In this document: positions 62,694 to 64,000 of the stretch, one piece after another | Layout: every line of letters begins with the position of its first letter | How positions within the stretch are numbered: the stretch's first letter is position 1 | Origin: Mobula birostris | Lineage: Eukaryota | Direction of reading: 5' to 3' | Assembly: GCF_030028105.1 (NCBI RefSeq) | Contig: NC_092374.1 | Location: 193,187,345 to 193,251,344 of the forward strand | DNA: 64,000 nt | Position numbers and translations under genes: made by a program | Notes under the pieces: generated by a model | Told to the model about the DNA's origin: nothing | The model's database searches: none | What the model saw: only the letters and a program-made list of their open reading frames with translations

Positions 62694-64000
62694 TAATGTT
62701 CTATGAATACCTTCCCAAAATAGACTTAATTTAGGGCAATCCCAAAATATATGAAAATGATTTGCCTCCTTGGAGCAATATTCATTTTATAGGAAGAATA
62801 TTCATTTTTATAGTATTTATCCTTGAATTTATACTTAAAAAGGGGATAAGATTCCATCTATGCATATCTGCTTTTATCTCTGAGATTAATGGCCCATAAT
62901 TTACCTGTGACAGTGTTGAAAGATCCTTCGGCAGGGTTATTCCTAAATATTTTAATGATTTAGCTTCCCACTTAAGATCATATGTATCCTGCAACTTTTT
63001 GGATGGTGTATAATTTAGGGACATAACCTGCGTTTTCTTTACATTTATTTTATAACCTGATATTTTCCCAAAGTCATCCAACAGTGTAAACATTCCTATA
63101 AATGATTTTTCTGGTTCACTGAGATAGACCAAAACATCATCTGCGAATAACGCCACTTTCTGTTCCATCCCTGCCACCTTGATACCTTTTACGATTTCAC
63201 TCTGTCTTATTAGTTGGGCAAGCGGTTCAATATATAGCGCAAAAAGGAGAGGAGAAATTGGGCATCCCTGTCTAGTGCCTCTCTCTAAGATGAAGGAGTC
63301 AGAGAGGTCCCCATTTATCTTAATTCGGGCTGTAGGGCTGTCATATAGAGTCTGAATTACTTTAATAAACTTTTCTTGAAAGCCGAATCTTCCTAACACT
63401 CTGTATAGGAATGCCCAACTAACCGAATCAAAAGCTTTCTCAGCATCCAATCCTACTACCATTGTCTCTGTCTCGTTCTTATTAACCTGTTCTAATATGT
63501 GCAGAGTTCTCCTTATGTTGTCCTGTGTTTGTCTTTGTGGAATAAATCCAGTCTGGTCTAAGTGGATTAGGCCAGGTAAAAGCTTTTCCAATCTGCGCGC
63601 TAATATAGATGTAAATAGTTTGTAATCTAAATTAAGAACACTAATTGGCCGATAATTGCCACATTCTAGTTTATCTTTACCCTCTTTAGGAATAACTGAA
63701 ATAATCGCTTCTCTCCAGGAAGGTGGAGTTTCTCCTCTCTGCAAGATCCAATTAAAGGTGTTAAGTAGTAATGGGGCTAACTGTGTCTTCAGGGACTTGT
63801 ACCACTCTGAGGTAAACCCATCAGAACCCGGGGACTTTCCAGCCTTTAACCTAGAGATGGCCACGTTCAGTTCTTTGACAGTTACTGGTTCTAATAAACT
63901 TTCATTTTGTAAATCTGTAAGTTTAGGTAGATCTAAAAAATTCAATACACTGTCTATATAGGGCTCATTGGGGGGCCCGGGGTTGGGAGTACAGCTCTCG
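62694..64000 (-). mobile_element. Second copy of the same defective L1 (RT region; 3' end lost; continues beyond the window)
   Basis: ORF 62782-63945 differs from 53849-55012 at three residues and shares its deletion junction and frameshift. Confidence 0.93.

Overview
Vertebrate genomic DNA, most likely from a cartilaginous fish (probably a ray; inferred only from the repeat landscape). It is dominated by decayed retroelements (Penelope, CR1, L1, RTE, Rex1/Babar, SINEs) plus a Tc1 remnant and one 130-N scaffold gap. The only host gene I can support is the two-exon immediate-early gene IER3 (IEX-1), present in four copies. Two diverged paralogs, A (+, 194 aa) and B (-, 168 aa), lie tail-to-tail. 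The pair was then duplicated as a near-identical tandem block (5589-23873, 18.3 kb; 23874-44135, 20.3 kb). Both rearrangement junctions fall in IER3 core-promoter or 5'UTR DNA, so copies A2 and B1 keep intact ORFs but have lost their promoters, leaving one promoter-bearing A and one promoter-bearing B. All copies keep a Roquin-type CDE stem-loop and AU-rich elements before the poly(A) signal. Paralog B has replaced its C-terminus with former 3'UTR. A split target-site duplication suggests the convergent layout came from a Penelope-associated inversion of about 10 kb. Most ORFs in the supplied track are repeat-derived or spurious. Repeat boundaries without a stated TSD are approximate, and identities were judged by eye.
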